Shown here: piece by piece, positions 59,002 to 63,289 of the stretch
How positions within the stretch are numbered: position 1 is the first letter of the stretch
Layout: each line of letters opens with the position of its first letter
The notes under the pieces: model-generated
What the model was told of the DNA's origin: nothing
The model's input: the letters and a program-made list of their open reading frames with translations, nothing else
Databases searched by the model: none
Translations under genes and position numbers: made by a program
Source of the DNA: a virus
Taxonomy: Duplodnaviria; Caudoviricetes
Direction: 5' to 3' (one strand)
Length of the DNA stretch: 63,289 nucleotides
IMG/VR virus record: IMGVR_UViG_3300025358_000006
Location: 1 to 63,289 of that record

Positions 59002-62000
59002 ATGGCAAAAACATTACAATCACCGGGCGTAAGCGTAACAGTTATAGATGAGAGTTTCTATACACCAGCGGCCCCTGGTACAGTACCTCTAGTTATTGTG
59101 GCCAGCGCCGCAAACAAATCAAACGCCTCAAATACAGGCCTAGCAGTTGGAACAGATCCATCTAATGTTGGAAAAGTATACACAATCACAAGTCAACGTG
59201 ACTTGACAGATAAATTCGGAACTCCTGTGTTCTATACAGATACACAAGGTAATCCAATCAACGGTGGTGAACTTAACGAATACGGTCTACAAGCCGCTTA
59301 CAGCTTACTAGGTGTAAGTTCTAAGGCATACGTTGTTCGTGCTAACGTTGACCTAAGTCAGTTAACAGCCCAATCAAGTGCACCGGCTGGTCCTCCCGCA
59401 GATGGTTCATATTGGTTAGACAGTTCAAATACACTATTTGGTTTATTTGAATGGAACTCTGCAACAGGTACATTTGCTAACAAACAACCTATTATTATTG
59501 ACGCTTCAAATCGTGCAAATAATACAGTAGGTGCCGACGGTGAAACTCCAAAACCGAGCCTAGGTTCCAAAGGTTCATATTGTGTCGTATTAGATAGACT
59601 AGATATGAATACAATGTATTATAAAAATACAAACGGAAATTGGGTTCAAGTTGGTTCAGCAGGTGAAACAGCATTCACATCGAATGTTAACAACTCAACA
59701 TTCGTAGCAACAACATGGCAAACAAGTTGGCCAGCTGTAACTGGTATCAACAGTAATCCAAATTTTGCAACATCGCCAGGTGCTATTACAATTAACGGTA
59801 ATTCAATTACTGTTACAACAGCAAGTACAGTAGCAAGCGTTGCCGCAAGTATCAACAGCACACTACATACAAAAGGTATTGGTGCTAAAGCTAACAGTTC
59901 AGGTAAACTAGAACTATACACAGACTTGTACCCAGGTAGCGTTGTAGTTGCAGGTAACGCAACTACGCTTAATACATTAGGTGTGCCAGCAGGAACATAT
60001 ACAGGTCCACAGATGACTGTTGCTCCTCATACACAATATCCTAACTATAGCACAGCACCAAACGGTTCTATATACTTAAAAACAACAAGTCCAAATAGTG
60101 GCGCAAGTTGGAAAATCAAACAGTACTCAGCATCGACACAATCATTTACACAGATTGCGGCTCCATTATATGCAAGCACAGCGGCCGCATTATATAACAT
60201 CGACAAGAGCGGTGGTGGTGTAAACATTCCAGTTGGTACATTGTTTGTCGAAGCCAACTACGATCACGGTAATGGTACAGCATCGACAACAACAACTTTA
60301 CCTATCACATTAGGTTTTGAAATCAAGCAACGTGTTGCAGTTAGTCCAACTACTATTTCAAGCAAGGCATTAAGTGTTCCTGCTACTTTAGTAAACGGTG
60401 CAACTCTACAGATTAAAGAAAGTCTAGCAGGTCAGTTGAATTATGGTAATGGTGTTACTGTTACTATTCAAACACCAAGCGCAGGTGATACATGGGCAGG
60501 TGCTTTTGTAACAGCCGTTAATGCCGCAGGATTTACTAACGTCACAGCAACACACAATGCTGACGACACAGTAACAATCACACACGCAACTGGTGGTGAT
60601 ATTAAATTCTTTGATCCAAACAATGTATTAGGTCTATTAGGATTTACTGCTTATAACATGGATGTTCCTACAACTGCATACACAGCAAACTACTATCCAT
60701 TAGGGCAGTACGAGCCAGACGGTTTTACAACTTGTGCAAGTAACTGGGCGCCATTGTTTACAACAGCAAGCCCGAGCGAGCCAGTAACACCTCCAGTGGA
60801 TGGCACATTATGGTATGATTCAATTACCGATCAAGTTGATATTATGTACAACAACGGTACAGCATGGGTTGGTTATAGAACAGCATTCCCAGCAACTGAT
60901 CCAAACGGTCCTATCGTAAGCTCAAGTCAACCAACAAAACAAAGCAATGGCGTAACAGCTCTTGCAGATGGTGATATCTGGATCAATCGTTCAGATATCG
61001 AGACTTATGGTCAAGTGGTTTATGTTTACAATGGTAATTTACTAAAGTGGATACAACAAGACGTTACAGATCACACAAGTCCAAGCGGTTGGGTATTTGC
61101 TGATGCACGTTGGTCAACCAACGGTTACTCATCAGCACCGGCTTCAATCCAAACAATGTTGTTAAGCAATTTCTTAGATCCAGATGCACCAGATCCAACT
61201 GGTTATCCACGTGGTACACGTTTGTGGAACCTACGTCGTTCAGGATTTAACGTAAAACGTTACGAAGCAAACTACATTAACATCTATGCAAATAACGGTG
61301 TTAACCCACGTTACACTGAGCCAATGGATGGTTCTAACTCAACTACTCCATATGCAACTGCACGTTGGGTAACTGTAAGTCCTAACCAAAATGATGGTTC
61401 TGGTTCATTCGGTCGCCATGCACAACGCGGTTTCGTAGTAGCGGCTCTAAAAGCTCTAATTGATACAAACACAGCGATACGTGATACAGACAGCCTAGTG
61501 TTTAACTTGATTGCTTGCCCTGGTTATCCAGAAGCTATTGGAAACTTAGTTGCTCTAAATACAGACCGCGGTCAAACAGCGTTCGTTATCGGTGATACAC
61601 CATTCCGCTTACCAAGCGATGGTACATCATTACAAAATTGGGGTAGCAATGCCGCCCTAGCATTAGACAACAACGACACAGGCGCAGTAACATATGATGA
61701 CTACATGGCTATGTTCTATCCAAGTGGTTACACAAATGACAATACAGGAAACTATATTGTTGTTCCACCAAGTCATATGATGTTACGTACATTCATCAAC
61801 AGCGATGCTAAATCATACGAATGGTTTGCACCAGCAGGTATCCGTCGTGGTAATGTAGACAATGCAACATCAGTTGGTTACATCGACGGACAAACAGGTG
61901 AGTTTATTACAACAGCACTTCCACAAAGCCTACGCGATGTGTTAGCTGGTGTTAAAGTTAATCCAATCCCAACACTAACAGGTAGCGGTATTGTTAACTT

Positions 62001-62379
62001 TGGTAACTACACACGTGCACCTGCCGCAAGTGCATTAGATCGTATCAACGTAGCTCGTTTAGTAGCGTACCTACGTAGACAGTTAAGTATCTTAGTAAGC
62101 CCATACTTATTTGAACCAAACGATCAAATCACACGTAGCGAAGTTAAAAACGCAGTCGACAGTTTCTTATTAGAACTTGTCGGTCAACGTGCTATCTATG
62201 ACTACTTGGTAGTTTGCGATACTAGCAACAATACCCCTGCTAGAATTGACAGATCAGAATTATGGGTCGACATAGCAATTGAACCAGTTAAAGCAGTGGA
62301 ATTCATTTATGTTCCAGTTCGCTTATTGAACACAGGTGCAATTGCCGCCGGTAATTTGGGCGATTTGAAGAAAGCATAA
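59002..62379 (+). CDS. gp18: Tail sheath protein (expanded, 1125 aa)
   Basis: N-terminal LQSPGVSVTVIDES; C-terminal WFAPAGIRRG, VNPI, ALDRINVARL, FEPND, CDTSNNTP.RIDR.EL.VDIAIEPVKAVEFIY. Confidence 0.95.
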   Translation: MAKTLQSPGVSVTVIDESFYTPAAPGTVPLVIVASAANKSNASNTGLAVGTDPSNVGKVYTITSQRDLTDKFGTPVFYTDTQGNPINGGELNEYGLQAAYSLLGVSSKAYVVRANVDLSQLTAQSSAPAGPPADGSYWLDSSNTLFGLFEWNSATGTFANKQPIIIDASNRANNTVGADGETPKPSLGSKGSYCVVLDRLDMNTMYYKNTNGNWVQVGSAGETAFTSNVNNSTFVATTWQTSWPAVTGINSNPNFATSPGAITINGNSITVTTASTVASVAASINSTLHTKGIGAKANSSGKLELYTDLYPGSVVVAGNATTLNTLGVPAGTYTGPQMTVAPHTQYPNYSTAPNGSIYLKTTSPNSGASWKIKQYSASTQSFTQIAAPLYASTAAALYNIDKSGGGVNIPVGTLFVEANYDHGNGTASTTTTLPITLGFEIKQRVAVSPTTISSKALSVPATLVNGATLQIKESLAGQLNYGNGVTVTIQTPSAGDTWAGAFVTAVNAAGFTNVTATHNADDTVTITHATGGDIKFFDPNNVLGLLGFTAYNMDVPTTAYTANYYPLGQYEPDGFTTCASNWAPLFTTASPSEPVTPPVDGTLWYDSITDQVDIMYNNGTAWVGYRTAFPATDPNGPIVSSSQPTKQSNGVTALADGDIWINRSDIETYGQVVYVYNGNLLKWIQQDVTDHTSPSGWVFADARWSTNGYSSAPASIQTMLLSNFLDPDAPDPTGYPRGTRLWNLRRSGFNVKRYEANYINIYANNGVNPRYTEPMDGSNSTTPYATARWVTVSPNQNDGSGSFGRHAQRGFVVAALKALIDTNTAIRDTDSLVFNLIACPGYPEAIGNLVALNTDRGQTAFVIGDTPFRLPSDGTSLQNWGSNAALALDNNDTGAVTYDDYMAMFYPSGYTNDNTGNYIVVPPSHMMLRTFINSDAKSYEWFAPAGIRRGNVDNATSVGYIDGQTGEFITTALPQSLRDVLAGVKVNPIPTLTGSGIVNFGNYTRAPAASALDRINVARLVAYLRRQLSILVSPYLFEPNDQITRSEVKNAVDSFLLELVGQRAIYDYLVVCDTSNNTPARIDRSELWVDIAIEPVKAVEFIYVPVRLLNTGAIAAGNLGDLKKA

Positions 62380-62384
62380 TTGGG

Positions 62385-62390
62385 TAAATA
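62385..62390 (+). promoter_or_regulatory. TAAATA late promoter for the tail tube gene
   Basis: Followed by AAGGAG RBS and ATG 62413. Confidence 0.7.
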
Positions 62391-62412
62391 TAAGAGAATA
62401 AGGAGCATTTAG

Positions 62413-63039
62413 ATGGCAATCGCAAGTTTAAGTAAATTATCAGTTCCATTACCGGCAGGACAAAGCGCAAGCAGTCAAGGCTTGTTGATGCCAAAACTGA
62501 AATATCGTTTTAGAGTTCAGTTACAGAATTTCGGTGTTACTAAACCAACAACTGAAATTACTAAGCAGGTAATGAACGTAACTCGTCCAAAGGTATCTTT
62601 TGAGAACATGGAACTTCATGTTTACAACTCAAAGATTAACTACGCTGGCAAATACACATGGGATCCAATCACATTGGTAATCCGTGATGATCAGTCAAGT
62701 GCAGTTAGCAAGCTATGTGGCGAGCAAATTCAGAAACAATTCGACTTCTTCGAGCAAGCATCTGCAAGTTCAGGCATTGATTACAAGTTCACAACTGTTA
62801 TCGAAATCCTAGACGGTGGTAACGGTGCATTTGATCCAACAGTTTTAGAAACATTTGAGTTGATTGGTTGCTATGTTGGTGATATCACTTATCAACAAGT
62901 AGACTATTCAAGTTCAGAAGCGTTAGATATCAGCTTAACAATCAAGTTCGATAACGCGATCCAAACAGATACCGCAGGTAATCCAATTGGAATCGGTACA
63001 AACGTCGGTCGTACATTAGGTTCATTAGCCGCTGGTTAA
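62413..63039 (+). CDS. gp19: Tail tube protein
   Basis: PKLKYRFRV, RPKVSF, YAGKYTWDPITLVIRDD, L.GCY...Y...DYS; directly after the sheath gene. Confidence 0.88.
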   Translation: MAIASLSKLSVPLPAGQSASSQGLLMPKLKYRFRVQLQNFGVTKPTTEITKQVMNVTRPKVSFENMELHVYNSKINYAGKYTWDPITLVIRDDQSSAVSKLCGEQIQKQFDFFEQASASSGIDYKFTTVIEILDGGNGAFDPTVLETFELIGCYVGDITYQQVDYSSSEALDISLTIKFDNAIQTDTAGNPIGIGTNVGRTLGSLAAG

Positions 63040-63058
63040 TCAACGTAGTAGATAGTAT

Positions 63059-63090
63059 AAAAAGGCTCGGTTTTTTCTGGGCCTTTTTTT
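63059..63090 (+). terminator. Intrinsic terminator after the tail tube gene
   Basis: AGGCTCGG/CTGGGCCT stem (with G-U pairs) followed by a T tract. Confidence 0.75.
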
Positions 63091-63122
63091 ACGGCTAAAT
63101 AATTGTACAATAGGGGCTATAT

Positions 63123-63289
63123 ATGTCTGGCAGTGGTAATTTAGGTTTAACAGGTTTCTTACAAAGTGTCTTTTCAGGTGCTACCCATCCCAAAGGCACG
63201 ATGGGCGATTTCCAGCATGCCGCACGATTATATGGAGATAACTTATACGCATTAACACCCAAAGCTGGGTGGATGTACTATACATATTT
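63123..63289 (+). CDS. Start of the next tail gene (possible second tube-like protein), truncated
   Basis: TAAATA at 63096-63101, AGGGG RBS, ATG 63123 open to the window end (MSGSGNLGLTGFLQ...QHAARLYGDNLYALTPK). Confidence 0.6.
   Translation, partial: MSGSGNLGLTGFLQSVFSGATHPKGTMGDFQHAARLYGDNLYALTPKAGWMYYTY

Noticed and set aside
444-62494. Dozens of 60-150-aa ORFs antisense to or nested within the large genes
   Set aside because: Shadow ORFs produced by the biased codon and amino-acid composition of the real genes; no RBS, promoter or recognisable motif.
1-63289. Stop-codon reassignment
   Set aside because: Genes up to 13.5 kb are uninterrupted in the standard code and tile the window densely.
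1-63289. tRNA or rRNA genes
   Set aside because: Intergenic gaps are short and none shows a cloverleaf with T-loop/D-loop consensus.

Overview
This window is the virion-morphogenesis region of a large T4-like (myovirus) bacteriophage, AT-rich and almost fully coding. In order: a tape-measure-like gene (5'-truncated), portal (gp20), prohead core/scaffold, prohead protease (gp21), scaffold (gp22) and major capsid (gp23). Next come an antisense GH19 endolysin, several small structural genes, and a ~37 kb block of giant fibre/adhesin genes (4256, 2186, 4521, 889 aa). Then follow a fibre-tip island with a flavin-dependent halogenase and a 2OG-Fe(II) oxygenase, Nudix, gp15/gp14/gp13 neck genes, dNMP kinase, a degenerate HNH protein, tail sheath (gp18), tail tube (gp19) and a truncated next gene. 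The most striking observation is in the 4256-aa protein. It carries 21 tandem ~140-165-aa repeats, each with an invariant C-x-R-D motif in a context (e.g. KCARDIGY, KCVRDIGY) that matches the bilin-attachment helix of phycobiliproteins, suggesting a possible poly-biliprotein virion fibre. A regulatory layer is also visible: TAAATA late promoters (several apparently giving leaderless mRNAs), back-to-back divergent promoters, and inverted repeats that would hide a start codon only in read-through transcripts. All family assignments come from motif recognition by eye; no database searches were run.
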